From NCBI RefSeq assembly GCF_937875145.1, contig NZ_CALNCS010000021.1:10476-74475 (forward strand): 64,000 nt of DNA, read 5' to 3'. A program made the translations under genes and the position numbers. This document shows positions 51,554 to 62,372 of this stretch, in pieces (within the stretch, counting starts at the first letter, position 1; every line of letters starts with the position of its first letter). The stretch comes from Alkalibaculum bacchi. GTDB lineage: Bacteria > Bacillota > Clostridia > Eubacteriales > Alkalibacteraceae. The notes under the pieces were generated by a model that saw nothing but the letters and a program-made list of their open reading frames with translations, searched no databases and was not told the origin of the DNA.

Positions 51554-51864
51554 AGAATTCACTCCAATACTGTTTCTAGAATAGTCAGTATATCATATAT
51601 AATTGGTTTCGTCTTTTATTGAATGTTGTTATTTATTGAAAGTGAGTTGAACGGGTATGTCTTTACGTAATAAGTAATTTAGAATTATTTTTAGTACATG
51701 CATAAGCTAGTGATCTTTATTAAATATACATCCCAAAATAAAAAAACATCTATTTTATGGATTGAATTTTTCTGCTTTTCGCCAATTTATTTCAAATCTT
51801 TACAAGTCATAATCTAAAAATTTTGAAACATACTAAGAGTAATAAAGTAGGAGGAGATAAAATT

Positions 51865-52098
51865 ATGAAAAATAAGCCAAAACCAGATGATAGAAGAGAT
51901 AATGTAGATAAAATTGAGTATAATATTGGGAAAACTCTTCAAAATATCGAACGTGCTAACGAGATGATTGATGTTACAGATGATCAAAATATGAAAGAAA
52001 CTCTTAAAGAAAAAAATGAGAGAAGAAAAGACGCTCTTAAGGGGATGAGAGAAGAAATCAGAGATGAAGCAACAGATAAGAAAAACGGATACAAATAA
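51865..52098 (+). CDS. tlp: small acid-soluble spore protein Tlp
   Basis: KPDDRRDNVDKI...KNERR...REEIRDEA; GGAGG RBS. Confidence 0.92.
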   Translation: MKNKPKPDDRRDNVDKIEYNIGKTLQNIERANEMIDVTDDQNMKETLKEKNERRKDALKGMREEIRDEATDKKNGYK

Positions 52099-52291
52099 CC
52101 GCAAAGTTTAAGATGAAAATTATAAACCTCGCTTTTGCGAGGTTGTTTTTGATTACTACCTTAAAGCATTCCGTTTTCCCTAATACTTACACTTGAAAAT
52201 TTCCCTATTTCATGTATAAGCTACGAAGCAGCTAAGGCAATCTGAGGCATAAATATGGTATAATAAGGCTGTTCTATTTAATATAAAAGGC

Positions 52292-52888
52292 GTGATAATG
52301 ATGGAAAGCACAATAAAAAAGAAGAGAATTGTTGTGGGTATGAGTGGTGCTAGTGGTGCTATACTTGGGATTAATCTCTTAAAGATTTTAAAAGAAAGAC
52401 CGGATTACGAGAGCCACCTTGTCATTTCTAAGGGAGCGGAGGAGACAATTTGCCAAGAGACAAAGTACAAAGTGTCCGATGTAGCGGATTTGGCAGATTG
52501 TTTTTACGATATAAAAAATATTGGTGGCAAAATTGCTTCAGGCACTTTTCGCACAGAAGGAATGATTATTATCCCTTGTAGCATGAAAACTGTAGCAGGA
52601 ATTGCAACGGGTTATTCGGATAATTTACTGCTGAGGGCAGCGGATGTTACCTTAAAAGAGGGACGAACTCTTGTGGTAGTTCCTAGAGAAACGCCTTTAA
52701 GTTCTATACATCTAAGAAATATGCTGACTTTGTCACAAGCCGGAGCCATTCTAATTCCACCAATGATTACATATTACAATGACCCTTATAGTGTAGATGA
52801 TATGAATACACATATTATCGGCAAGGTTTTAGAAAAATTTCACATTGAACTAGATGGATTTAAGCGATGGGGAGAAGATGTATGGTAG
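52292..52888 (+). CDS. ubiX: flavin prenyltransferase UbiX
   Basis: VGMSGASG, IASG, PCSMKT, RAADVTLKE, PRETP motifs. Confidence 0.93.
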   Translation: MIMMESTIKKKRIVVGMSGASGAILGINLLKILKERPDYESHLVISKGAEETICQETKYKVSDVADLADCFYDIKNIGGKIASGTFRTEGMIIIPCSMKTVAGIATGYSDNLLLRAADVTLKEGRTLVVVPRETPLSSIHLRNMLTLSQAGAILIPPMITYYNDPYSVDDMNTHIIGKVLEKFHIELDGFKRWGEDVW

Positions 52889-53250
52889 AATGTTCTGTTA
52901 AAGATGGGCGAATACATATAGAGGCAAAGGCCATCTCTATTGGTGAGGATCTGTGTGTAATCATATCAGGAGGGGATACGCCTCATATAGGGTGCGTAAC
53001 AGCAAGTGTTCCTAGGCCAAGTCTTTTAGACCCTAATATAATAAGCGCCACTACATCTGTCATAAACTTTATAGGTCATAAAGATGATGAGGTGGCAAAG
53101 TATGTATCCCATAAGCTTTCTTTATCTCTTAATAAGAATGTAGTAGCAACCTGCGGCATCCATATTGAGCGTATTACGATGGAAGAAATTAAGAAGGTAA
53201 AGGCTCTTACAGAGAAGCTTGCACAAATTCTACTTAGCAAACTTTCCTAA
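52882..53250 (+). CDS. LpdD-like small protein
   Basis: IGEDLCVIISGGDTPHIG, GHKDDE, VVATCGIH; overlaps the ubiX stop. Confidence 0.7.
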   Translation: MVECSVKDGRIHIEAKAISIGEDLCVIISGGDTPHIGCVTASVPRPSLLDPNIISATTSVINFIGHKDDEVAKYVSHKLSLSLNKNVVATCGIHIERITMEEIKKVKALTEKLAQILLSKLS

Positions 53251-53351
53251 ATAATCATAAACGATTCTGTTTAGATAGCTTGAATTTTCTTTTAGAAAAA
53301 GAAAGTGTATACCTGGCTAAAGGGTCAAGTATACACTTTCTATCTTACACT

Positions 53352-53918
53352 TTATTGCTTTTGATTTTGCACGATCAAATGAAATAACATATCTTCTTTT
53401 ATCGTTTCTGTTTCATTTTTGTAGCCTAAGTAATTTAGTATTTCAAAGGCTACAAGAAGTGCAGTGGCAGGTCCTCGTGAAGTGATAAGATTGTCGCAAA
53501 CTACTACAGGTGCTTCTACATACTCTTGGTATTCTAATTGATCTTCAAATCCTGGGTAAGAAGTACCTTTTTTGTCTTTTAATATTCCAGTACTATTTAA
53601 TGCAATAGGAGCAGCACAAATTGCAGATACTAATTTACCTTTGCTAAAATATTCTTTAATCATTTCCTGTACTTTACTATTTTCTTGAAGATTCTTAGCC
53701 CCAGGCATTCCGCCAGGCAGGTATATTCCATCGTACTCATCTAAATCTTCGTCTAACAAGACGTCGGCTTGAACGTAAATGTCGTGGGTTCCTCGAACCA
53801 ATTTCTCTTCTAGTGAACAAGTATCTACTTGCACATTTGCACGGCGTAACACATCGACTAAAGTGAGAGCCTCGATTTCTTCAAATCCATCTGCTAAAAA
53901 AACCAATATTTTTTTCAT
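53352..53918 (-). CDS. DJ-1/PfpI (YajL-like) protein
   Basis: GFEEIEA, LPGG, AICAAP, TSRGPATA motifs. Confidence 0.92.
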   Translation of the reverse strand: MKKILVFLADGFEEIEALTLVDVLRRANVQVDTCSLEEKLVRGTHDIYVQADVLLDEDLDEYDGIYLPGGMPGAKNLQENSKVQEMIKEYFSKGKLVSAICAAPIALNSTGILKDKKGTSYPGFEDQLEYQEYVEAPVVVCDNLITSRGPATALLVAFEILNYLGYKNETETIKEDMLFHLIVQNQKQ

Positions 53919-54019
53919 AAGTGCCTCCTGTCCTTTCATATTACGTATAAGTATATCACAAAATCATCTGTTTTAAACAGTAAGGCTAGGGTTGAAAAAA
54001 TAGTCTAAAACGTATACGC

Positions 54020-54053
54020 ATACATACATATATAGATCTATATATGTATGTAT
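54020..54053. repeat. perfect 34-bp palindrome
   Basis: ATACATACATATATAGA|TCTATATATGTATGTAT. Confidence 0.9.
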
Positions 54054-54153
54054 ATAATAACTATAAGATGGTAGAAGGTTAGTATTCTACTTTTCTCGTC
54101 CAACTAATAAAAAACCTAGCATAAAACAACTAGGTTTTTTAAAATAGAAAATT

Positions 54154-55740
54154 CTACGAATTTAACTCCAAATACTCATCATACGACATGCGTTTATCTA
54201 TTACACCATGTGGTCCGATGTCGATCATTCGGTTTGCTATAGTTTGTACAAATTGATGGTCATGGGATGTAAATATAATATTGCTCTTATAATCCACTAG
54301 TCCATTATTTAATGCTGTGATAGATTCTAAATCTAAATGGTTTGTAGGCTGATCTAGTAGCAAGAAATTAGCTTCATTAAGCATCATTCTCGATAACATA
54401 CATCGAACTTTTTCTCCTCCAGATAGAACATTGACTTTCTTTTGGGCTTCATCACCTGAGAAGAGCATTCTTCCTAGAAAACCTCGAACATAGCTTTCTG
54501 TTTGATCTTTTGAAAATTGACGCATCCAATCCACAAGGTTTAAAACGACATCATTAAAGTACTCAGAATTATCCTTTGGAAAGTAAGACCTCGATATGGT
54601 TACGCCCCATTTATAAGACCCGCTATCAGGTTCCATTTCACCTGTAAGTATTTTTATTAATGTGGTATTAGCGACCTCATTCGGCGAAACTAAGGCAATT
54701 TTATCGCCTTTAATGACACCAAAACTTACATTGTCAAGGACTTTTACTCCATCAATTGTCTTGCTGATATTATCAACTGTTAAGATATCGTTGCCTACTT
54801 CTCTTTCTGGCTTAAATGCTACATAAGGGTATTTCCTTGAAGATGGTTGAATATCATCTAAAGTGATTTTTTCTAAGATCTTCTTACGAGATGTAGCTTG
54901 CTTTGATTTTGAAGCATTGGCGCTAAATCGAGCGATAAAATCTTGAAGTTGTTTGACTTTATCTTCTTTTTTCTTATTTTGGTCTCGAGCCATTTGAAGG
55001 GCAAGTTGGCTGGATTCATACCAGAAGTCGTAATTACCCATGAACATCTTGATTTTTCCAAAGTCTACATCGCAAATATGTGTACAAACTTTATTTAAGA
55101 AATATCGGTCGTGGGATACGACGATGACGGTTCCTTCAAAATTGATTAAAAACTCCTCTAACCATTTGACAGATTGTAAGTCTAAATTGTTAGTAGGCTC
55201 ATCTAGGATTAAAACTCCAGGATGTCCAAATAAAGCTTGAGCTAAAAGTACTTTTACTTTTTCAGAACCTTGTAATTGGGCCATGGTTTTGTCATGTAAA
55301 TCACCTGGAATGCCTAAGCCTTGAAGCAAAGTAGCAGATTCTGATTCAGCTTCCCAGCCATTAAGGTCTGCGAACTCTCCTTCTAATTCTGCTGCTCGAA
55401 TTCCATCTTCATCGGTGAAATCAGCTTTTGCGTAGATTTCGTCCTTTTCCTTCATAATTTCATAAAGTCGAGGATTACCTAGTATTACTGTTTCTAAAAC
55501 GACTTTATCATCATATTGATAATGATCTTGTTTTAATACTGAAAGTCGTACATCTTTAGCAATGCTAATGTCCCCAGTATTAGGTTCAATCTGTCCGGAT
55601 AAAATCTTTAGGAAAGTACTCTTTCCAGCGCCATTAGCGCCGATTACTCCGTAACAATTTCCTTGTGTAAATTTTAAGTTTACATCCTCAAAAAGCTTTT
55701 GGTCTCCATATCGTAAACTAATATTTGTAGCTGTTATCAT
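54154..55740 (-). CDS. ABC-F ATPase (YbiT/YkpA-like)
   Basis: two ABC domains, GANGAGKST, LDEPTN and LDQPTN, no TM segment. Confidence 0.92.
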   Translation of the reverse strand: MITATNISLRYGDQKLFEDVNLKFTQGNCYGVIGANGAGKSTFLKILSGQIEPNTGDISIAKDVRLSVLKQDHYQYDDKVVLETVILGNPRLYEIMKEKDEIYAKADFTDEDGIRAAELEGEFADLNGWEAESESATLLQGLGIPGDLHDKTMAQLQGSEKVKVLLAQALFGHPGVLILDEPTNNLDLQSVKWLEEFLINFEGTVIVVSHDRYFLNKVCTHICDVDFGKIKMFMGNYDFWYESSQLALQMARDQNKKKEDKVKQLQDFIARFSANASKSKQATSRKKILEKITLDDIQPSSRKYPYVAFKPEREVGNDILTVDNISKTIDGVKVLDNVSFGVIKGDKIALVSPNEVANTTLIKILTGEMEPDSGSYKWGVTISRSYFPKDNSEYFNDVVLNLVDWMRQFSKDQTESYVRGFLGRMLFSGDEAQKKVNVLSGGEKVRCMLSRMMLNEANFLLLDQPTNHLDLESITALNNGLVDYKSNIIFTSHDHQFVQTIANRMIDIGPHGVIDKRMSYDEYLELNS

Positions 55741-56095
55741 TTATATCATCCTTATTATACATAATCCGGACTATTATATCACAACTGATTTATTTATGTA
55801 AATAGATGAAAAATAAAAGTGCTAGGGTCAAGTCACATGCGCCAAAGAGTTCATTGCATATAAGGAAGTAGTTAAATTCAAAGTAAAACGTTCTTAAATA
55901 CATAAAAAGACTCTAAATTCTTTTTTAGAGTCTTTTTAGAAAGCTTAAAATTAAAAGTGTAACTTGTAAAGTCATACACTTCGCCTTTAGGTGAGCTAAT
56001 GTAGAGAACGCTACCTTCTCGTTTTTGACTACAGATATTAAAAGTACCCTAAAGGAATACTCTAATGCTAGTAACTAGTGACCAAGGACTAGGGA

Positions 56096-56950
56096 CTAAA
56101 GCGCCTTCGGTGCTTTAAGTTTCATGTTTTTCATACTTATATCTAATGCGCTTACGGAGTGGGTTAACTTTCCAACGGATATATAATCAACTCCAGTTTT
56201 GCCTATTTCTTCAATGGTATCTAAGCTGACATTGCCAGAAGCTTCTGTAATAGCTCTGCCGTCAATTTTTTTGACTGCTTCTTTCATCATCTCAGGGTTC
56301 ATATTGTCCAGCATGATAATATCTGCACCAACAGCCAGCGCTTCGTCTAACATGTCAAAATCTTCTACTTCAACTTCTATTTTATTGACGAAAGACGTAT
56401 TTTGTCTTGCTGAATTTACTGCATTTGTTATACTTCCAGCTGCGCCGATGTGATTGTCTTTAATTAAAATACCATCAGATAAATTAAAACGGTGATTTGC
56501 TCCGCCGCCTACTCTTACAGCGTATTTTTCTAAGACCCTAAGTCCAGGAGTAGTTTTTCTTGTATCTACAACTTTGGCCTTTGTTCCCTGAAGTTTTTCT
56601 GCATATAGACTAGTTAAAGTAGCTATACCACTTAATCTTTGAAGTAAATTTAAAGCGGTTCTTTCTCCTGTTAGTATACTTCTTGCATTTCCTCGAATAA
56701 GTGCGATTTTATCTCCTGGAATTACCTGTTGGCCATCTGTTTTAAAAAAATCTACCTCTACATTACCTAGTATCTCAAATACTCTTTTAAAAGTGAATAG
56801 CCCTGCCATAATGCCCTTTTCCTTGGCAATTAAGTCTACAGTAGCTACTGCATCTTCCGGCACAATGCTATTAGTAGTAATATCCTCACTTGTGACATCT
56901 TCTTTGAGAGTGTTTTTGATGATTTTATCGATTATCAAATAGTTCGTCAT
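56096..56950 (-). CDS. nadC: nicotinate-nucleotide pyrophosphorylase
   Basis: DTRKTTPG, IKDNH, MLDNM, EASGN motifs. Confidence 0.95.
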   Translation of the reverse strand: MTNYLIIDKIIKNTLKEDVTSEDITTNSIVPEDAVATVDLIAKEKGIMAGLFTFKRVFEILGNVEVDFFKTDGQQVIPGDKIALIRGNARSILTGERTALNLLQRLSGIATLTSLYAEKLQGTKAKVVDTRKTTPGLRVLEKYAVRVGGGANHRFNLSDGILIKDNHIGAAGSITNAVNSARQNTSFVNKIEVEVEDFDMLDEALAVGADIIMLDNMNPEMMKEAVKKIDGRAITEASGNVSLDTIEEIGKTGVDYISVGKLTHSVSALDISMKNMKLKAPKAL

Positions 56951-58229
56951 GTAAATCAGGAGACCTCCTTTGTATTTCTTTTTTAAGTAATTGTTTGTTT
57001 TCATATTGGAAGTAACAAATATCAATGTTGTCTAAAGATATAGGGATCTTTACGATCTCTATATCTTTGTAGTTTTGATTAATGGTTTGAGCACATCTTT
57101 TTGAAAAGACTAAACCTTCAAGCAGAGAGTTGCTAGCCAATCTGTTTTTGCCGTGGATACCTGTACAGCTCGTTTCTCCTACTGCATAAAGCTGCTTCAT
57201 GGAGGTTTTAGAGTCTGTATCTACTTTGATTCCACCCATATGATAATGCTGTGAGGGGATAACAAGCATAGGGTCCTTTGTGATATCGATACCAATTTGA
57301 ACACATTTTTCATAGATCATTGGGAAGCGACCTATAATAAAGTCTCTTGGTAAAAAGGAAATGTCGAGAAAAACATAAGGAATATTTGATTTTAAAATCT
57401 CTTCTCGTATAACTTTTGTCACTACATCCCTAGGGAGTAGCTCATCTACAAAACGCTCTCCTTTTTGATTTAGAAGTTTTCCACCTTCACCTCTTACAGC
57501 TTCTGAAATAAGGAAACGCCTGCCATAGTAATTATTATCGTAAAGCCCTGTGGGATGAAATTGTATATATTCTAAATTCATTACTTCAATGTGGTGTTTA
57601 AAAGCTAAAGCTAGCGAATCACCTGTTAAAGTCCGTTGATTTGTAGAGTCTTTAAAAATCCCACCAATGCCACCTGTGGCCAATACGACAGATTTTGCAT
57701 AAACATTAATTTGATCTTCCTCTTTTCTGAGAATACCTCCATAACAAGTATTGCCCTTAACAATGAGATCAACCAAACAGGTGTGTTCCATTAGTTTTAC
57801 GTTATCTAGTTTCTTTACGTGATTCATCAGGGACTCCCATAGATACTGCCCTGTTTTATCTTTTACGTGCACAATGCGATTATTACAATGGGCTCCTTCT
57901 TTTGTATAGGATAATCCATCCTTATTAGAGTCAAAAGGAACTTGTAATTCTATCAGTTTATTAATATTATCTATAGATTCTCCTACAAGGCACGCTACTG
58001 CTTCTCGGTCATTTTCATATTGGCCTGCTTTTAGCGTATCTTCAATATGTAGGGGGATATCTTCTACATTTCTAGCAGTAGCGATACCACCTTGAGCTAA
58101 ATAGGTATTGTTTTCACTTAGTTCACCTTTAGAAACTAGTAAGACATTTAATTCTTTATCTAAGTTTAATGCACAATATAAGCCAGCCACTCCAGAGCCT
58201 ACAATGAGTATGTCTACATTTAGTTCCAT
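56925..58229 (-). CDS. nadB: L-aspartate oxidase
   Basis: GSGVAGL, AQGGIA, QFHPT, SEAVRGEG, HGKNRLASNSLLEG. Confidence 0.93.
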   Translation of the reverse strand: MELNVDILIVGSGVAGLYCALNLDKELNVLLVSKGELSENNTYLAQGGIATARNVEDIPLHIEDTLKAGQYENDREAVACLVGESIDNINKLIELQVPFDSNKDGLSYTKEGAHCNNRIVHVKDKTGQYLWESLMNHVKKLDNVKLMEHTCLVDLIVKGNTCYGGILRKEEDQINVYAKSVVLATGGIGGIFKDSTNQRTLTGDSLALAFKHHIEVMNLEYIQFHPTGLYDNNYYGRRFLISEAVRGEGGKLLNQKGERFVDELLPRDVVTKVIREEILKSNIPYVFLDISFLPRDFIIGRFPMIYEKCVQIGIDITKDPMLVIPSQHYHMGGIKVDTDSKTSMKQLYAVGETSCTGIHGKNRLASNSLLEGLVFSKRCAQTINQNYKDIEIVKIPISLDNIDICYFQYENKQLLKKEIQRRSPDLHDELFDNR

Positions 58230-58233
58230 TTTT

Positions 58234-59142
58234 TTATTTAGAGAGTTCATGCATTTTCTCAAGGGAACGCAATGCTTTAACTCTCAAACCTTCCTCTACA
58301 GTAATCTCGTGTTTGTTAAATGCAAGGCTTTCATAGACATCTTGTAGAGTGGTTTTTTTCATATTTACACATGTCATAGTCGCACCAGGTACGTAAAAAT
58401 TTTTGTCTGGATTTTTCTTTTTCATCTGATGAAGGATACCTTCTTCTGTTACAACGAGATAATCTTTGAAATCATAGTCTGTTGCAAAATTAAGTATTCC
58501 ACTAGTACTACCTATATAATCTGCCAAGTCTCGTACTTCTTTGTCGCATTCAGGATGGGCGAGGACTTTGATTTCTGGAATCCTTTTTTTGATTTCAACA
58601 ATGCTTTCTGGTCTGACTTTGTGATGTGTAATACAGAAACCATCCCATAAAACAAACCTTTTGCTAGGAAATTGCTCGGCTAAGTAGCTGCCTAAGTTTT
58701 TGTCTGGTAGGAATAGAATTTCATCGCTTTCAATACTATTGATAATTTTTTCTGCACTTGAAGAAGTAACACAAACATCTACAAGAGCCTTTACTTCTGT
58801 AGATGAGTTGATATAAGCCACTACAGTTGCATCAGGATGATTTTTGGTCCATTCTAAAACACCTTCTTCATCAGCCATATCCGCCATAGGGCATCCAGCA
58901 TCTAAGGCAGGTAATAAAACAGTTTTTTCTGGGGATAAGATTTTAGCGCTTTCAGCCATAAACTTTACTCCACAAAAGACGATTAGCTGTTGTTCGCAGT
59001 CTCGAGCAATTTGACTTAAATAGTAAGAATCGCCGATGACATCTGCAATATCTTGAACCTCAGGTCTTTGATAATAATGGGCTAAAATGATTGCATTTTT
59101 TTCCTTTTTTAATCTTTGGATTTCTTCAATTAATTTTTTCAT
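58234..59142 (-). CDS. nadA: quinolinate synthase
   Basis: LAHYYQ, CGVKFMAE, GCPMA, AHPEC, CVNMK motifs. Confidence 0.95.
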   Translation of the reverse strand: MKKLIEEIQRLKKEKNAIILAHYYQRPEVQDIADVIGDSYYLSQIARDCEQQLIVFCGVKFMAESAKILSPEKTVLLPALDAGCPMADMADEEGVLEWTKNHPDATVVAYINSSTEVKALVDVCVTSSSAEKIINSIESDEILFLPDKNLGSYLAEQFPSKRFVLWDGFCITHHKVRPESIVEIKKRIPEIKVLAHPECDKEVRDLADYIGSTSGILNFATDYDFKDYLVVTEEGILHQMKKKNPDKNFYVPGATMTCVNMKKTTLQDVYESLAFNKHEITVEEGLRVKALRSLEKMHELSK

Positions 59143-59183
59143 CGCTCATCACTTTCTGTTGTATTTTTTTCATTCATACTCAT

Positions 59184-59219
59184 TTAATTAAAGATTATAA
59201 CTTAATTAAAGATTATAAC
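59184..59219. repeat. perfect 18-bp tandem duplication upstream of nadA
   Basis: TTAATTAAAGATTATAAC x2. Confidence 0.9.
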
Positions 59220-59483
59220 ATAGTTCAAAAATAAAATTAATATCATAATTCCTTGAATAGGATGTAATAATTTAGGAAAGGGAATTTAATGTAGCTAGTG
59301 GCAGGTTTACCCATTACGATAAATATGATAAAAAGTTTCACTTTTATGTACCAATCGATTACGTTATAATATATAGTATGGAACTGTAAAAATATATAAA
59401 ATTTAGTTATTTAATCAAACAGCTGCTTGTTGATCGGACATTATGCGGATCAATAAGCGATTATAGAATAGGGAGGTTACATA

Positions 59484-60050
59484 ATGGATAAGAAAAAAAT
59501 TGAAGATGCGGTTAGACAAATATTAGAGGCGATTGGAGAAGACCCAGATAGAGAAGGGTTAATAGAAACGCCAAAGAGAATTGCGAAAATGTATGAAGAA
59601 ATTTTTTCGGGCCTAGAACAAGATCCAGGAGCACATCTAGAAAAAATTTTTCCAGGTGAAAATCACGAGGAACTAGTTCTCATCAAGGATATTCCATTTT
59701 ATTCTATGTGTGAACATCATTTAGTACCTTTTTTTGGGAAAGCGCATGTAGGATATCTTCCTAAAGACGGAAAATTAACAGGTCTTAGCAAATTAGCTAG
59801 AGTGGTAGAAACCCTCTCAAAGAGACCTCAATTACAAGAGAGATTAACCTCTTCTGTAGCAGATATTATTATGGAAAAATTGAAACCTTATGGCGTAATC
59901 GTTGTTATTGAAGCAGAGCACATGTGTATGACTATGCGAGGAGTTAAAAAGCCAGGTTCTAAAACCATAACGTCTGCCGTAAGAGGAGGATTTGCTACAG
60001 ATGCTAAGGCGCGAGCAGAAGTCATGTCCTTTATTAATTGGAGAAACTAG
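59484..60050 (+). CDS. folE: GTP cyclohydrolase I
   Basis: [27 protein letters not shown] motifs. Confidence 0.96.
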   Translation: MDKKKIEDAVRQILEAIGEDPDREGLIETPKRIAKMYEEIFSGLEQDPGAHLEKIFPGENHEELVLIKDIPFYSMCEHHLVPFFGKAHVGYLPKDGKLTGLSKLARVVETLSKRPQLQERLTSSVADIIMEKLKPYGVIVVIEAEHMCMTMRGVKKPGSKTITSAVRGGFATDAKARAEVMSFINWRN

Positions 60051-60102
60051 TTGACAGCAAGGGTTTTAGAATTAAAATTATCACAAATGATGGGGGCAAT
60101 GG

Positions 60103-60924
60103 ATGAAGACAGTAAAAGAAATGTTTGATTTTGATAAAAAGACTTATATTATGGGCATTTTAAATGTGACTCCGGATTCCTTTTCAGATGGTGATAGCTG
60201 GAACAATATAAACAGTGCTATAAACCATGCAGAAGAGATGATCAGGCAAGGTGCAGATATTATTGATGTAGGAGGAGAATCTACTAGGCCTGGTTATACC
60301 ATGATTAGTGACGAAGAAGAAATTCAAAGAACAATCCCATACATTCGAGCTTTAAAAGAGAGGTTTGACGTTCCTGTGTCAATTGATACATATAAACCTG
60401 CTGTAGCAGAGGCAGCGCTCAAGAATGGAGTAGATATTATTAACGATATCTGGGGATTACAAAGAGATCCTGAAATGGCAACCGTTGTAGCGAAATACAA
60501 TGCGCCAGTTATCGTTATGCACAATCAAAATACTACAGAGTATGATGGTGACATAATAGGAGAAATCAAAAGATTCTTAAACAAATCCATAGAGATTGCT
60601 ACTTCTCATGGAGTAGGGCGAGAAAATATCATATTAGATCCTGGTATAGGCTTTGGGAAGACTCCAGAACAAAATCTCCAAGTTATGAGAAGATTATCTG
60701 AACTTAAGGTAATAGGTCTTCCTATATTGTTAGGCACTTCTAGAAAATCTACCATTGGAAAAATCCTTAATCTACCGCCAAAGGAGAGAGTAGAGGGTAC
60801 TCTAGCTACATCTGTAATAGGTATTATGCAAGGAATGAATATTTTACGAGTTCATGATGTAAAAGAAAATTATAGAGCGGCTAAAGTGACAGATGCCATA
60901 TTAAAGGGGAAAATAGATGGATAA
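60103..60924 (+). CDS. folP: dihydropteroate synthase
   Basis: NVTPDSFSDG, GGESTRPG, DPGIGFGK, SRKS, RVHDV motifs. Confidence 0.96.
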   Translation: MKTVKEMFDFDKKTYIMGILNVTPDSFSDGDSWNNINSAINHAEEMIRQGADIIDVGGESTRPGYTMISDEEEIQRTIPYIRALKERFDVPVSIDTYKPAVAEAALKNGVDIINDIWGLQRDPEMATVVAKYNAPVIVMHNQNTTEYDGDIIGEIKRFLNKSIEIATSHGVGRENIILDPGIGFGKTPEQNLQVMRRLSELKVIGLPILLGTSRKSTIGKILNLPPKERVEGTLATSVIGIMQGMNILRVHDVKENYRAAKVTDAILKGKIDG

Positions 60925-61282
60925 AATTATTATGGAGAATATGTACTTTTATGGTTATCATGGCGTCTTAGAGGAAGAAAAGAAACTGGGTCAAAAATTT
61001 TTTGTAGATGCAGAGCTTTATCTTGATTTAAAAAAAGCCGGTGAAAGCGATGATTTACATTATACCGTCAGCTATGCTGAAGTATATGAGATGATTCAAA
61101 AAAACTTTAAGGAAAAAAAGATGGATTTAATTGAAGCCGTGGCGGAGACCCTCTGCAATCAAATATTAGATGCTTATCCTATTATTCATGAAGTAATGAT
61201 AAGAGTAAAGAAGCCAGAAGCGCCTGTTGAAGGGATTTACGATTACTTTGGTGTGGAATTGAGGAGAAAGAAAAATGGTTAA
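60917..61282 (+). CDS. folB: dihydroneopterin aldolase
   Basis: FYGYHGV..EE..GQKF, TVSYA, LIE motifs. Confidence 0.93.
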   Translation: MDKIIMENMYFYGYHGVLEEEKKLGQKFFVDAELYLDLKKAGESDDLHYTVSYAEVYEMIQKNFKEKKMDLIEAVAETLCNQILDAYPIIHEVMIRVKKPEAPVEGIYDYFGVELRRKKNG

Positions 61283-61754
61283 AGCGTATTTAGGTTTAGG
61301 GAGTAATATGGGTGATACGAGAAAGAATCTAGATATTGCAGTTGATCTTTTGAAGTCTTCAAAGAATATTACGGTGATAAAAGTATCTTCTTATTATGAG
61401 ACAGAACCTGTAGGCTATGTAGAACAAGATTGGTTTTTAAACATCGTTGTCCAGATTGAAACGAATTTTGAACCAGAAGAGCTCTTGGTATTTTGCCAAC
61501 AGATTGAAGAAGTACTGAAGAGAAAGAGAATCATTCGTTGGGGTCCTAGAACCATCGACGTGGATGTACTCTTATATGAAAATTACACAAGTGCTGAAGA
61601 ATCTTTGACCATACCTCATCCAAGAATGACAGAAAGAGCTTTTGTCATGATTCCTCTTTATGAAATCGCCCCTGATTTAGTCATAGAAGGAAAATCCATA
61701 GATGGAATAATCAAAAGCTTAGATGGAGAAGAAATCCGTAAGCTTGAAAAATAA
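61275..61754 (+). CDS. folK: HPPK (6-hydroxymethyl-7,8-dihydropterin pyrophosphokinase)
   Basis: LGLGSN, RWGPRTIDVD, IPHPRM..RAFV motifs. Confidence 0.95.
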   Translation: MVKAYLGLGSNMGDTRKNLDIAVDLLKSSKNITVIKVSSYYETEPVGYVEQDWFLNIVVQIETNFEPEELLVFCQQIEEVLKRKRIIRWGPRTIDVDVLLYENYTSAEESLTIPHPRMTERAFVMIPLYEIAPDLVIEGKSIDGIIKSLDGEEIRKLEK

Positions 61755-61794
61755 TATCTAAAGTAAAAGGAACTAAGGCGCCGTAGGTGCTTTC

Positions 61795-62292
61795 ATGAAA
61801 GGCGAGGACAAGGGGGATAGAGTTAATAAAATCTTGCGAAATAAAAAATACAAGGAATATCTAAAAAGAATTGAAGGCTTAGAAAAGACGAGAATTTATT
61901 GCAAACACCATATAGTTCATTTTATGGATGTAGCCCGAATTGCGTACATTTTAAATTTAGAAGAAGAAAGTGGCATAGATAAAGAAAAAATATATGTTAC
62001 AGCTCTATTACACGATATTGGCAGATGGGTAGAATACGAAAAGGGTATAGACCATGCACTAGCCAGTAAAGAGCTAGCCTATGAAATCCTTAAAGACTGT
62101 GGATTCACTTATGAAGAGACCGTAGTGATTTGCCAAGCAATAGGCCACCACAGAATCAAAGAAAACCACCCTACGACTTTAAGTCGGTACCTATACCAGG
62201 CAGACAAATTATCAAGGCCTTGTACTTCCTGTGAGTCTATAGGTACGTGTAAGAAGTTCAATAAAGGTGAAGTACCTGTTGTAGTATACTAA
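61795..62292 (+). CDS. HD-domain protein
   Basis: CKHH..HFMDVARI, LLHDIG, ADK motifs. Confidence 0.85.
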   Translation: MKGEDKGDRVNKILRNKKYKEYLKRIEGLEKTRIYCKHHIVHFMDVARIAYILNLEEESGIDKEKIYVTALLHDIGRWVEYEKGIDHALASKELAYEILKDCGFTYEETVVICQAIGHHRIKENHPTTLSRYLYQADKLSRPCTSCESIGTCKKFNKGEVPVVVY

Positions 62293-62372
62293 ATAAGAGT
62301 ACGTGGTTAACAGCAGTGGAACAATAGTCGATAACAATTATTAAAAGCAATAAAGTACTATTGGTGGCTTAA

